Shown here piece after piece: positions 24,137 through 36,429 of a stretch of DNA of 60,000 nucleotides. A program made the translations under genes and the position numbers. How positions within the stretch are numbered: position 1 is the first letter of the stretch; each line of letters opens with the position of its first letter. The notes under the pieces were generated by a model that searched no databases, was not told the origin of the DNA, and worked only from the letters and a program-made list of their open reading frames with translations. The stretch is from Felis catus (taxonomy: Eukaryota), in NCBI RefSeq assembly GCF_018350175.1, contig NC_058368.1:206772001-206832000 (forward strand). Direction: 5' to 3'.

Positions 24137-24664
24137 AAAAAAGGTTTGTTATATTGTACCTACCACAATACTTTTAAGTTTTGTATAATTGGATGGCTTT
24201 AAAAATATATAGTCTACCAGAGTGCTGCAAATGGGAGTCAGCTTTACCTGCTTTAAGACACACAAACAGATAGCAATCAGTAAGCAAACAAATTCTGCAG
24301 CTGCAGGATGGACTGCCAAGAATAGGAAGTGTACTGAACACCCAAACAAGCTGTTGCTAGGAACTCAGGCTGAAACTCTCCTTGTCCTCTTGGCAGTGTT
24401 TAATATCTGTCTTCTCTTGCTCCGTTTTAATCTTTCCACACATACTGGGATTTCTTCCATATACCTTTTTCTGCTCTAGCCAGGTCTGCTTCCCCTGCAC
24501 ATGGTGTTTTTGGGAAACATTATGCCCCATCAAATCTTATCTGACTTATTTCCCCAGGATTTTCTTTTACCGTATCCTGATAAGGAATTAAAAGTAAAAA
24601 TCAGTAAGCAAATTTCTGTTTATTGCTTGTGGTTGAAGAGGGATTAATGTGTTTCTACAGGAAA

Positions 24665-24858
24665 AAGATGTGGGTTAGGTCTTTTTTTCTGACATTTAAT
24701 TACATGTGACTTTGAGGTTATCTTCTCATAGTTTTAGCTTTCTTGTTGGAACCGTAAAATCTTTCCTATCTGTCACAACCATCATATTATATAATGTCTA
24801 TAAAAGTGCTTTGTGAATTCTGATGTGCCAAGTAACAAGGTAGCATTACTGTTTATTA
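24665..24858 (+). mobile_element. MIR fragment
   Basis: TGTGACTTTGAG...ATAATGTCTATAAAAGTGCTTTGTGAATTCTGATGTGC. Confidence 0.55.
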
Positions 24859-24889
24859 CCACCCGTTTCAGTTCAGCAGAGCTACAAAT

Positions 24890-25150
24890 ATAAAACAATG
24901 ACAAAAACAACAATATGGCCCTTATTTTCAAAGTGTTCATTCTGCCCTGGAGAAGCCAAGATGTAAACCCACAAATGGCCAGTCATGGGGCAGGTATACA
25001 GCAGAGGTAAAGAATGAAGTCTGGTGCTGCCCCGGAGCACAGCATAGTCGCACTACCTCAGCTGGCAGGGGATGGGAACTTTCACTAAGTGGTAATACTA
25101 CAGCACAGTTTTTTGGGGGGGTGGGGGGAAGGATGGTTTCCTAGGCAGGC
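24890..25150 (-). mobile_element. L2 fragment
   Basis: ATATGGCCCTTATTTTCAAAGTGTTCATTCT...GGTGCTGCCCCGGAGCACAG. Confidence 0.5.
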
Positions 25151-25212
25151 ATGATTTGAGAAAGGCATAATATGTTTAACAGGGTTTTGAAAAAATAGTG
25201 CCTTAAAACTAG

Positions 25213-25647
25213 TGTCAAAAAGTAAAACAAAGACTTCTAGAACAAAATTAACAACAACAACAAAGCAAGTCTAAACCATTAACTTGCCAGGCAAGAGAAC
25301 ACATGTCAGTGAAGAAATTCGATTCACCGAATCATTTGCTGGAGGAGAAAAATCGGGATTTTATATGCTAGAGAGGAGGCGTTCACAATTACACTGAGCA
25401 TAGAATACTAGCACTCTGAGGGGGGCAGGATGAGTCCGCAGTTCTGTGTACATTTAGTTAAATAGTCTCATTTTTTTTGTTTGTCAGGAAAAGTGTCTTC
25501 CGTTAGGTCCAGGAAGGATCTGGCATCCAGGTCACTCAAAGTTCAGGGAAACTTCAGTTGTTTAGAGCCAGCTGTGATACAACACAACAGTCAGTTTTGA
25601 TATCTCCTAGGCAAGCCACTGCTGGAAGTGGAAAATTTTTATTCTCA
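25213..25647 (-). mobile_element. Probable ERV solo LTR (unclassified)
   Basis: TG...CA bounded block TGTCAAAAAGTAAAAC...ATTCTCA with internal TTTTATA (TATAAAA on minus); no clear TSD. Confidence 0.4.
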
Positions 25648-25704
25648 TTGGTTTGAAGCGGATGTTATACGTAAAGGGATGTAAACCATGCCCTCGACTC
25701 TGCC

Positions 25705-25861
25705 TTCTGGATGAAAATGTGGTCTGTGGACCAGAGCATAGGCGTTACTTGGGCACTTGCTAGAGGTGCAGATTCTCACAGCCCAGTCCAGTTCTACTGA
25801 GTCAGAATCTGCATTTCAGAAAGGTCTTCAGGTTTTTCATGCACACATTAAAAAAAACACA
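25705..25861. mobile_element. MER5A-family hAT-Charlie MITE
   Basis: AAATGTGGTCTGTGGACCAG...CTTGCTAGAGGTGCAGATTCTC...CTACTGAGTCAGAATCTGCATTT. Confidence 0.8.
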
Positions 25862-25882
25862 GTTTATAAATACAGTTCAAGA

Positions 25883-26027
25883 ATAGTGGTCCACCATCCA
25901 ACTCTGGTATGTAACATAATCCACCGGAGATCTAGAGTCCCAGTTTCATTGATGCACAGCCTGGACCTTTGTATTTTTATGAAGTTCCCAGGAGATTGCG
26001 ATACGAACCCAAACTAGAGAACTGCTA
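25883..26027. mobile_element. MER5B-like MITE remnant
   Basis: TAGTGGT...TGTATTTTTATGAAGTTCCCAGGAGATTGCGAT...AGAACTGCTA. Confidence 0.55.
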
Positions 26028-27170
26028 TTAAAGAACATACGTCTCCTATTCAGGATCCATAAACTCAAAATCTGCACACATTAAAGGGGTATATTCTCTT
26101 TAAAGCTCTGATTTTATTGTATAATCAAACCACATGTGCTGTTGTAACAAGAATTCACCCATGACAATGACAAGGTCACTAGGATTTGTGACACCTAGAA
26201 TCTTGGTCACCTGAAAACATACCTAGCATATGTAAGATCTTTTTTTTTTCTTTTCACAAGAAAACTGTGAAAAAACAAAATAAAACAAAAAACCCCACTT
26301 CATCTGTAAGAACATTCCAGTGAGGATAATCTAAGAAACAATGAAGTTCCCAAGTTTTTGGAAAGGGAGGAAATAGCCACGATAACTGTTCAGTGAAGCA
26401 GACAAAGAGCTAAAGTTCAGCTTATATTAAAGGAATTTCTCCACATATTATGGACCAAATTACTGTATTTCTTTGTGTTTAACAAATTAGCAACTTCCTT
26501 TCTCAGTTAATAAAAACTGGCTTTTGTTCTCAGGGTTTCTTTGACAAAAAGGTAAATTTTGTTGTGTCATACTGAAAACCCTAACCAAAAAATGACCAGC
26601 TTTCTCCCACCACTTCTCTCCAGGGCACCCTGATGTCAGCATCAGGAAGAGTGAGGTCATGTGCTTTTAATAAACCTAAATGCCATCAAATATAGGAAAT
26701 TATTTGGTTATTTCCTTTACTGGATACAAAACCTTATATTTATTAGTCATTTAATTATGAGTTCAGAAATGAATTTGTGATGGGGAAGAACAATATTCAT
26801 TAATAATTAGGGAAATGAGCAATGCACAAAATTTGCTAATAGGTCCAACCCTTCTTTTTCCTGCATGGTTAACATTTGAAAAGGAAATATGCTTTAATAA
26901 GATAAGAGGTTTCAGTAGAGGCATATTTGTAACTTCTCCCTGAATAGATTCAACATGAGACTGCCAACTGTTTTAAGAAATATATTTAATCCTAGCTCGT
27001 TATTGTAACATACTGCTTACAACGTGAAATCCTCAGCTTGCTTTTCAAAGCATTGCATAATGGGACCCTCTATAACTAAGACCCTCATTTTGCACTTGAG
27101 GAAAGGATGAAGCCAGAAAACCAGAGAAACCTAGCTGCTTGCAGATCTGAGCATCAAAAATAGTTTTTCT

Positions 27171-27408
27171 TGGGAATGCAAGCTGGTGCAGCCACTCTGG
27201 AAAACAGTATGGAGGTTCCTCAAAAAACTAAAAATAGAACTACCCTACGACCCAGCAATTGCACTACTAGGCATTTATCCACAGCATACAGGTGTGCTGT
27301 TTCGAAGGGACACATGCACCCCCATGTTTATAGCAGCACTATCAACAAGAGCCAAAGTATGGAAAGAGCCCAAATGTCCATCGATGGATGAATGGATAAA
27401 GAAGATGT

Positions 27409-27456
<48 letters not shown>

Positions 27457-27846
27457 GGAGGATTACTTGCCAATCAAAAAGAATGAAATCTTGCCATTTG
27501 CAACTACGTGGATGGGACTGGAAGGTATTATGCTAAGTGAAATTAGTCAGAGAAAGACAAAAATCATATGACCTCACTCATATGAGGACTTTAAGAGACA
27601 AAACAGATGAACATAAGGGAAGGGAAACAAAAAGAATACAAAAACAGGGAGGGGGACAAAACAGAAGAGACTCATAAATATGGAGAACAAACAGAGGGTT
27701 ACTGGAGGGGTTGTGGGAGGGGGGATGGGCTAAATGGGTAAGGGGCACTAAGGAATCTACTCCTGAAATCATTGTTGCACTATATACTAACTAATTTGGA
27801 AGTAAATTAAAAAAAATTAAAAATAAAATTTTAAAGAAAGTAGAAA
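27171..27846 (+). mobile_element. 5'-truncated felid L1 3' end with internal (TA)n at about 27411-27452
   Basis: [46 protein letters not shown](T)CT at 27156 and 27847. Confidence 0.96.
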
Positions 27847-27984
27847 AAAAATAGTTTTCTTGACTTCCAACGCAAAGATCTTTTCACTAAACCTTTTAGC
27901 ATTGGTTTGGTATCTGAACAACAAATTTGTACAAAGCAACTGGGGTGCTGTGAAGAATGAAAGCTTTAAACAGGTGCATACTTT

Positions 27985-29010
27985 TGCATTCAGTAATTCC
28001 ATATCAAGGCCTTTATCCTAAGGAAATACTCAATAATATGTATCAAGAAGTGTATATATGAATGTTTATTGCAGTGCTGTGAAACATGAAAAAAATTTTA
28101 TCTGTAACTCCAACTTCAGCATAAGAAAGGTAGATCATGTTAACTGGGGAAAATTTAGAGGGAAATTGAAACCATTTCTATGTAAGTTTATATACAAACA
28201 TATCAATAAGCTTTATCGGTCATTAATGATTTAGGGTCCTGAAGAACAAGAAAAGGTAACAGGAAAAGGTAAAATTTTAATCTGAGGAAAAGCTACATAC
28301 CTAGAGACAGCATGGGCAAATAGATGCCACCTTAAAACTATAAGTCCCTGATTATTTCATGAAATCTTGGCTCTTTCAGGTCATGGAAATAGTGTCTTTA
28401 AGAAAACCAGTCTAGGGACACCTGGGTGGCTCAGTCAGTTAAGCAACTGCCTCTTGATTTTGGCTTGGGACATGATCTCATGGTTTGTGGGTTTGAGCCC
28501 CATGTCAGGCTCTGTGCTGTGCAGAGTCTGCTTGGGATTTTCTTTTTCCCTCTCTCTCTGCCCCTCCCCCCCCCCCCCTCCCCCCCCCACACACACACTT
28601 TCTCTCTCTCTCTCTCTCTCTCAAAATAAATAAATAAACTTAAAAAAGAAAGCCAGTATAAATCTCAGAGGATAAGAGTTCCCATTAATTATCTGGTTTA
28701 TGTGACTATTAGTAAAATATTCAGAGCAACCTAAATACTCAAAGGTAGGGCATTAAACTGTTGTAGAACTATTCAGTGGAATAGTATTAGCCATTACAAT
28801 TCTTCTAGAAGAATGTTTAAAAACATGAGAAGATAATCAAAATGAAACATCAGGCTTGAAATACAGATGTTAAAAATAGTACATTCAGCATAATTTTAAA
28901 TTCATACCAATATATATATACATACAAAAAAGGGTAAAAAGATATACACTCACATGTTTACAGTGATTATCTGTGGGTGGCAGGATTAGAGATTTTTTAT
29001 TTGTGTATTG
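27985..29010 (+). mobile_element. Old L1ME 3' region, interrupted at about 28078-28708
   Basis: CAGTAATTCC...TTTATCCTAAGGAAATA...ATGTTTATTGCAGTG; resumes CAACCTAAATA...; ACAGTGATTATCTGTGGGTGG. Confidence 0.6.
28415..28645 (+). mobile_element. Can-SINE (SINEC)
   Basis: TSD AAGAAA(A/G)CCAGT(C/A)TA at 28400 and 28646. Confidence 0.93.
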
Positions 29011-29021
29011 GGAGGTAGAAT

Positions 29022-29920
29022 AGTATTTTAATGCTCTATTGCTGGTATAATAAATTACCACACATTTAGCAGGTTAAAACAACACAAAATTTTTCCTCCA
29101 GTTTATTAAGAAATAATTGACTTAAATAAATATTTAAGAAATAAATAAGCATACATCACTGTGTATGCTTAAGGCACACAGCGTGGTGGTTTGTTTTACA
29201 TTGATTGTGAAATGATTACCACAACTGGGTCAGCTAATATCCATCTTCTCATATGGAAACAATAAAAGAAAGAAGAAAAGAAGAAAGGAAAAAAATTTCT
29301 CCTTGCGATAAGAACTGCTGGAATTTAACTTCTTGACAACTTTCCTATACAACAACACAAATGTATCATCTCACAGTTCCATAGGTAGGAGTGCAGTAGG
29401 CCCAGCTGATTTCTCTGCTCTGGGTCCCATGGGGCCTAAATCAAGCTATTGGCCAGCTGGGGCTCTAACCTGAAGGCTCTGGAGAAAAATGCACTTTCAG
29501 GCTCTTTCTGACTTGTTAAAAAAATTCAGATCTGTGTGGTTGGTCATAGGACTGAAGCTCCATTTTCTTGCTGGCTGTTGCCGGTGGTTGTTCCAGCTTC
29601 TAGAGACTGTCAGCATTTTCCTGGCTCACGGCCACCTTCATCCTGAAAGTCAGCAATCAAGTCATGCTTTACATCTCTTCCTCTGCCTTTGTATTTTATG
29701 ACATCCCTCTGACTGAATCCAGCTGGAGAAATTTCTCTGCTTTTAAAGCCTTGAGGGATTAGATTGAATCCACATGGATAATAGAGGATTTTCTAAAATT
29801 CCACTGATTACCAACCTTAATTTCATCTTTAAAGTTCCTTCCATCCTTTAAAGTTAATATAACATATGACGGGATCCATGGATTAAGGTGTAGACATCTT
29901 CAGGGGGCAGTTCTCTGAAC
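29022..29920 (-). mobile_element. MaLR solo LTR (MLT1E-like) with nested L1 tail
   Basis: CTATTGCTGGTATAATAAATTACCACACATTTAGCAGGTTAAAACAACACAAA..TCTCACAGTTC...GGATTAAGGTGTAGACATCTTCAGGGGGC. Confidence 0.85.
29089..29350 (-). mobile_element. Short L1 3'-end insertion
   Basis: CAGTTTATTAAGAAATAATTGAC...ATTGTGAAATGATTACCACAA; TSD AACAACACAAA at 29078 and 29351. Confidence 0.85.
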
Positions 29921-29926
29921 TGGGAC

Positions 29927-30182
29927 AAATAGTATAATGGTTAATAGGGTGAGATTTGGAGATAGATGACAGCCGTACACACCTTTGTATTCCAAAAGCT
30001 GCCCCTCAGTATATGTAGGTTTTGGGGAAGATAATCCATTCATATTCCAGTTGTCTTATGTACAAAATGGGGATGATAATTATACCTATCTCATTGGATA
30101 GTTATGAAGATTAAATGAGATACTAGATTAAAAGCATATGGTAGAATTCTCATTAAAGATTAACCATGATATTATCATTGTT
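29927..30182 (+). mobile_element. MIR
   Basis: AAAATGGGGATGATAATTATACCTATCTCATTGGATAGTTATGAAGATTAAATGAGATA. Confidence 0.85.
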
Positions 30183-30245
30183 ACTCTTGACACATTTCTG
30201 CTTTTCTACAATGAACATATATTAATGACAATAAGAAAAACAATA

Positions 30246-30376
30246 GGGGCACCTGGGTGGCTCAGTCTGTTGACGGTCTGAATTTTAATTTTGGCTCAGG
30301 TCAGGTCATAATCTCACAGTTCATAGGATCAAGTCCCTTGTCGGGCCCTGCACAGACAGTGTGGAGACTACTTGGG

Positions 30377-30416
<40 letters not shown>

Positions 30417-30450
30417 CCCCTCTCTGCCCCTCCCCTGCTTGCGCTCTCCC
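30246..30450 (+). mobile_element. Can-SINE lacking its A-tail
   Basis: GGGGCACCTGGGTGGCTCAG head and (CT)n, ends at GCGCTCTCCC. Confidence 0.88.
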
Positions 30451-31626
30451 TTTATTTTTAAGTTGAAATTAATGAAAATTTAATTTTCCCTTGTTTAAAA
30501 TGTTCTTCCATGTTGGTATATGTAAAATGTAATTGTTCTTATAAACCCTCTCATTTGGAGGCAAGAGAGGTGAAGTTACACAATAATGATGTGATCACAT
30601 TGCTATCTCTTAACCTGTAGAGCCTGGCTTTGATTTCAATTATGAAAAATTGTTATATATCCAAGCCAGTGAGATTTATTTACTGTAATTGATAAGTAAC
30701 CTTGGTTCTTGGTATGTGTTATGGGACAGAGAATTATGTTTTCAATATATGATACAAATCTGTCCAAAAACTTTTTAGCCTACCTTCTGACTTAAATGAC
30801 CCTATCTGCTTTCTTATTCCCAAAATTCCATAGTTATATTTCTTGTAGAGTATTTGTGTTTTAATAGTGGATAATTTAGTGTGAAGGAGTCTTACAAAGA
30901 AGTGCTAGAGGGATACAGGGGAGAAATGGTATAGAGGGGAGCTATATGTAGGAGCAGGGGGCCTCCATTAAGCAGAGGAGAAAGCGATGAGAATAGGATT
31001 GAAAGACTGTGGACACTGAAACACTCAATTCACCTTCTGCCTCTGTAGTGACTCTAGTCTTAAGATACCTGTGAGTTAGAACTTGGAAATCTTAGCACAT
31101 ACACAATCCCGCTCTGACAAACAAGCCTAGAGCCCAATGAGGGATAGGTAGTAAGACTTTGGGTTTTGTTGGGATTAAGGGGTTGTGTGGGAATGCAAAT
31201 GCCCTCTGTTAAGATTTGGCTCTTACAGTGGGGAGCGCCCCTGGCATAGCTGCAGATTGTATTCCATGTGGCAGGTGACTATGGGAAATGTGTGACTAAT
31301 GCACACTTACTGAGCCAAATCACATTTAGTAGCTAACAACCTGGCTAATGTGTCTGCCCTGCATGTGTCTGATAGCATGAGATAAGGATATTGTATTATT
31401 TAGGCTTTGACTCAACTGTTTCCAGGCCATTCAGTCAAAAGAATCATGAAAATGAAATAGTCAATGAATACATCATTATGGTTCAATGCAACAGAAGACA
31501 TGAAAATTCATAATTACAGTACAAAAAGGAAAATTCTAAGAGTTTTGTTAAAAAGTTTGATACATGGACAAAGAAACTTGTTTTTTAATGAAAACATGAA
31601 ACTGAGCCCTATCATCTCCACTGTGA

Positions 31627-32086
31627 CAGTGTTTTCAAACTTCATGTATTCCACTGGTAAATTGTGAAATAAATGTAGAGATTCCATCCAGAATTTTATT
31701 TATTTTTATTTTTATTTTTTAAAGTTTATTTATTTTGAGAGAGACAGAGACAGTGCAAGTGGGGGAGGCACAGGTAGAGAGGGAGACAGAGAATCCCAAG
31801 TAGGCTCCACACTGTCAATGTGGAGCCCTATGCTGGGCTCAAACCCACAAAACCGAGAGATCATGATCTGAGCTGAAACCAGAAGTTGGGCACTTAACCA
31901 ACTGTGCCACCCAGGTGCCCCTCCATCCAGAATTTTTAAAAATTAAATAGATTAGAACAAAAAACAGACTGTATTACATATGAGAAGGAGACCTTTAAAC
32001 TATGTTTGTTTGTTTTTTTCCTTTTTTGTGATGTCAGAGGTATCTCTTACTGTAGGCCATGATCACAAATATTTCAAATTGCTCCA
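31627..32086. mobile_element. MER112-like hAT-Charlie element, split by a SINE
   Basis: CAGTGTTTTCAAACT...TGTGAAATAAATGTAG...AAATTAAATAGATTAGAAC...TATCTCTTACTGTAGGCCATGATC. Confidence 0.65.
31698..31921 (-). mobile_element. Can-SINE (SINEC)
   Basis: Perfect TSD TCCATCCAGAATTTT at 31683 and 31922. Confidence 0.95.
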
Positions 32087-32092
32087 GAAGAC

Positions 32093-32589
32093 CAGGCGTC
32101 CTTAACCTGAGGCTACAGAATATAGGGTCACAAACTGGAATGGGGAAAAAAATGAAATCTTTATTTTCACTAAAATTGAACTAAAATTTAGCATAGCCTT
32201 CAATTATGATTGTAAGCAACAGACAACAGTAGCAGTACCTGTGACTTTGTAACCAATAAATATGGTATTTTTTCATCATACTGTGGGGGCATTATTGTTG
32301 TAGAATCTCAATATATTATTTAACAGTACTCCAATTGTGTAGTTATTCTAATTGCCCCTAGACCATGTTATTTAATTTGATTACTAAGAAACACATATGC
32401 TATTATATCAGAGTTTTTAACACTTTGATAACTACTCCAATACGTTAGATTCTTTTGTTATATCGTTTGCTTTATTTTTATAAATATAAAAATGAAATTT
32501 TGAGAAGATAGTCATAGGTTTACCAGACTGCCCATAGGCCCTGGGCACTAAAAAAGAAAAAAAAAGATAAAAGAAAAAAAAATCCCTTG
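32093..32589. mobile_element. MER113-like hAT-Charlie element
   Basis: CAGGCGTCCTTAACCTG...ATCTTTATTTTCACTAA...AGCAGTACCTGTGACTTTGT...CATAGGTTTACCAGACTGCC. Confidence 0.8.
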
Positions 32590-32849
32590 AAATGGGCTAT
32601 GAAATGCTGAAGGCAATAGCTGTAACTTATTCTTTGTGTCTCCAGAATTTAATCTACTGCCCAGATTGTTCTAAAGAATCATTGTTGGATGACTTTCACC
32701 TGTGAAAGAATAAGCCTAAAGCAATAAACTGTGACTTAGTGGAAATATTCACCAGTGAGATAATGTTTGAATGGAGTTTTGTAAAATGAGTAGGAGGAGG
32801 ACATAGCAAATAGTATGTGCATGCTGATCAGTAGAGAACATGAGTACAG

Positions 32850-33675
32850 TAAAAAAAAAAAAATCAGTTGTATGTGGATGAAGGATATATGTGAACAGCA
32901 GAACATAACATGTTTATGGGATAACAGGATAATGTTTTCATGGATTTGGTTAGTGAAGGATTTCTTAAACAAGACACAAAAAGTACTAATAACAGAGGAA
33001 AAGTTTGAGATATTTGGTTATATTAAATCTAATAACTTATTTCCATCAAAAGTATAAAGGGGTAAAAAATAAGCCCTAATGTGGAGGACATTATTGTCAA
33101 CACATATCACTAAGGAGTCAGTAATCAGGATATATAATAAAAACCCTAAAAATCAGTAAGTCAACAAAAAAATAGATAATCCATTTTCCCAAAGGTAAAA
33201 TGAGAATGAGCCTTGAGCATGAACTTCACATAAAGACAAATTCACATGACCAAGAAATGAAAAGATGATAAAGCTTATTAATAATCAGGGAAGTAAAAAT
33301 TAAGATCAGAATGAGATGCCAATTTATAAAACAAGGTGACAAAAATTTAGAAAAGCCTGACAGTGCAAGCATTGGTGAGAATAAGGAACATGGGGAACTC
33401 TCATTCACTGCTGGTGAAAGTATAAATTAGTATAACCACTTTGGAAAGTAGTTTGGCGTTTTCTTTCTTTTTTAAAAAAGTTTTTGTTTGTTTGTTTAGA
33501 GAGGAAGAGAGAGAGGGAGAGAGGATTCCATGCAGGCTCCCTGCTGTCAGCTCATAGCCTGATGCAGGGCTCAATCTCAGGAGCAGTGAACTCATGACCT
33601 GAGCCCAAATCAATAGTCTGATGCTTAACCAACTAAGCCACCCAGGTGCCCCAGTTTGGCATTTTCTATTAACAT
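32850..33675 (+). mobile_element. Old L1 ORF2 3' fragment
   Basis: GATTTCTTAAACAAGACACAAAAAG...ATAATCAGGGAAGT...GAACTCTCATTCACTGCTGGTG...ACCACTTTGGAAA. Confidence 0.8.
33465..33652 (-). mobile_element. Can-SINE (SINEC)
   Basis: TSD AGTTTGGC(G/A)TTTTCT at 33450 and 33653. Confidence 0.93.
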
Positions 33676-33769
33676 TTCTGGGCGATAGGAGACTTGAAAT
33701 GTTCCATTATTTGATCTGGGAAAAGTCAGGCAAAAATAGGGAATACGAGTGAAAATTACTAAGGTAGAA

Positions 33770-34290
33770 TTCACTTACCATGTAAAAAGCTGCAAAGAAT
33801 ATAACTCACCACTTTATGACATGAAAAACCAGATAATCTACAAAATCATAACCTTCCATAGGAGCTATGGTCATAGGGCATTCAACTAGCCTGAAATTTA
33901 AGGCAAGACAGACCTCTCCAAGGAGAAAGGGAATATCAGCATTTGCTTGCCTAAAGCATAGCGTAGGACAAAGAGACCCCTGACACCATACAAACACATT
34001 AGATAATTCAGCTAAAATTTTTATGAACTGTTAAAAGTTGAATGTGAGCTAATGTGAGAGAGTAGAACCTCTGGGGCTGCAGACTCAAGGGGATTCTCTA
34101 TGGATGTGCATTGAATGATCTCAAGACAGATTTGATAGAGGGATGGGGAGTGCAGGAAAAGCCTCCCTTGTGGTGTCAGCCTTAGGGGTGTGGCTCAGCA
34201 ACCACTATGGGAAAAGCATGAGGTCTCTATCCTTCTCCCCACCCCCTCTATAAAACAAAAGCTTTAAACTACTAATTGAAAGGATAATGG
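33770..34290 (+). mobile_element. Old L1 5'UTR fragment (L1MC-type)
   Basis: AGCTGCAAAG...CAGATAATCTACAAAATCATAAC...ACTAGCCTGAAATTTAAGG...TTCAGCTAAAATTTTTA. Confidence 0.55.
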
Positions 34291-34739
34291 CAAAGAATTT
34301 TATAAAAATAAAGCATCAAAAGTGGATCCAAGAAAATAAGACATTTAAAGGAATCCACCTTTCCCTTGCTCTATTATTATTTGTGACAAGGGCTGGAAAA
34401 GAAATTCCAAGAAAATGAAAATATCAAGGAGGATTCAAAGACAAAGAATCATGTTCCAGTAATTCAGTGAATGGGTTATGAAAACTACAAGAGCTGGGAT
34501 CAGATCTTGAAATCTATGAGAAGAGCAGCTGGTTGAGAATAACAAGGAACAAATAGAATTCACTTCATTGTTTTCTCTGATAGTCACTTATGGACCAGCT
34601 GTAGCCTGTCACTTGTGTAGGGTGAACAAAGGCAAAAGGCCAAAGACAGTAGGAAAGCAACCCAGTAATAAGTATTCATGCAGATGGAGCTCTACTTTGA
34701 GAAACTGAAATCCGATGATAACAGGAGTAATCCTTCCTG

Positions 34740-34945
34740 TATTTGTTGCATATGTATAGTTGACAAATCTTTTACAAATAGGTTAAGTCAGCTAATGCCC
34801 ATAAAAAGATGAGGCAGAGACCAATCTCTTCTTTTCCTAAATTTGAGATGAGGCTCATAAAAGTTAAGTGATTTTTCTAAGCTCACATAACTAATATGAG
34901 TTGGGATTTGAATAAAAAAATGGCTTCTAAATAAAGTCTCTTTGA
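34740..34945 (-). mobile_element. MIR fragment
   Basis: TGAGGCTCATAAAAGTTAAGTGATTTTTCTAAGCTCACATAACTAAT...GGGATTTGAA. Confidence 0.7.
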
Positions 34946-36151
34946 TTCTTTATTTTCCCCATTAAAATGTGTGTGCCATGTAATACTGAAAATTTCACTT
35001 AAAAATCATTTTTGTCCAGGTTTCTCAATACACCATCATGAATCCTGGGCAAGGCTGAAAACTCACCTTACAAAATGTCTTTGTCATGGTGTTCCATCAC
35101 CTACCAGCACCCAAACCCACTTGCTTAGCCTCTGGCACCAAACCCTGTTCCTTTTGGAGTGCCATTTCACGTGTACTGTTCCTTTCGTTCTCAGTTATAG
35201 ACTTCCTCCTGAACACCTTTCACGGTTCCCTTATTTTCATACTCTGTAGTCTGAAGACCTGGCTGGCTCCCACCTCAGTGTCTGGTGTTGGCCCAAGGAC
35301 CCAAGCTCTCCTGTGCAATACAGAGAACGCTTTCAAAGTATGCAACAAATGCATCTTCCCCCAAAGCTCATTACAAATAATCCTAAAATGTCTTATCAGG
35401 GATTCTTTTTTCTTCTGGCCCCACTTCATAAAATGTTCTTGAGTAACATCCTTGCAGGAAGGAGAAGACATTGATCTATTTACATGGTCCATCAGTTCAG
35501 TCAGATCAGTAAAGTTAGAATTGATTACTTGTTTGCATTACTTACTTTGATGTTTAAGGTGACTGAGATGATTAGGTGGATTCTGATTCATAGGTTTAGG
35601 AGAAACCTACAAACTGAGTAACTGACATCTGAATAATTGAATCAGGAAATCTGGAGACTTATGACTGAATTTTAGTACTGAAAGAGATCTCAGTGGTAAT
35701 TTAGGTAAATCTCATCATTGTATAGTTGAAGAAATTGAGTTTCAACGTCACAAACCTACATATTAAGCTCAGGTCAATGATTCTGTGACAAAGGTTCATC
35801 AGTGTCCTAAATATTCATGGTTTTCCCCAACTACTGTATCATAACTAACACTAACTATTCAAGGCTCTTTGTACTGATGACTGTGTTAAATTTTTCTTTT
35901 GTTTCCAAGCCAAGGCTATGGGTGGGCCTAAATCTCAGAAGCAGGGTTGGAATTCTGGAGCAGAAGAGTGTAGTCTGGGCTGAGAACAAAGAACTGGAAT
36001 GCAGGAAGAGAATGATTTGTCCACACAAGCTTGGTATCCAGGAGGAGAATTTAATCTGAAAATGGGCTAGTAATTGAGAGCCTAGGGATGCCTAGAACAA
36101 AGCAGAGATGAATTTTTCAATTGCGAACCTTCACCAAAAGCAAAGGCACTT

Positions 36152-36391
36152 AGAGGTAGTGCAGCACAGTGGTTAAGAGTTTGGTTTAGGAGCCAGAAAC
36201 CCTGAGTTTGAATTCTGGCTCCATTACTTAATATTTATGTGAGAAAATTGCTTTTTCTGTGACTCCTTTTTTTCTTCCTTCTAATTCCAAACAGAAGATA
36301 AGAAGATAATAATAATACTGAATTCAAACACTTGTTATGATTGTGTAAGTTAAGTACTTATAACAGTGAAATAGCAGGAAAGTACTTACAA
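36152..36391 (+). mobile_element. MIR
   Basis: GCAGCACAGTGGTTAAGAG...GGAGCCAGA...CCTGAGTTTGAATTCTGGCTCCATTACTTA. Confidence 0.8.
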
Positions 36392-36429
36392 CAGGAAAAT
36401 GGTGAACACTATATAAATGATTGCCAAAA

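Noticed and set aside
34971..35492. Overlapping 90-118 aa ORFs
   Set aside because: No domain resemblance; lengths are compatible with chance.
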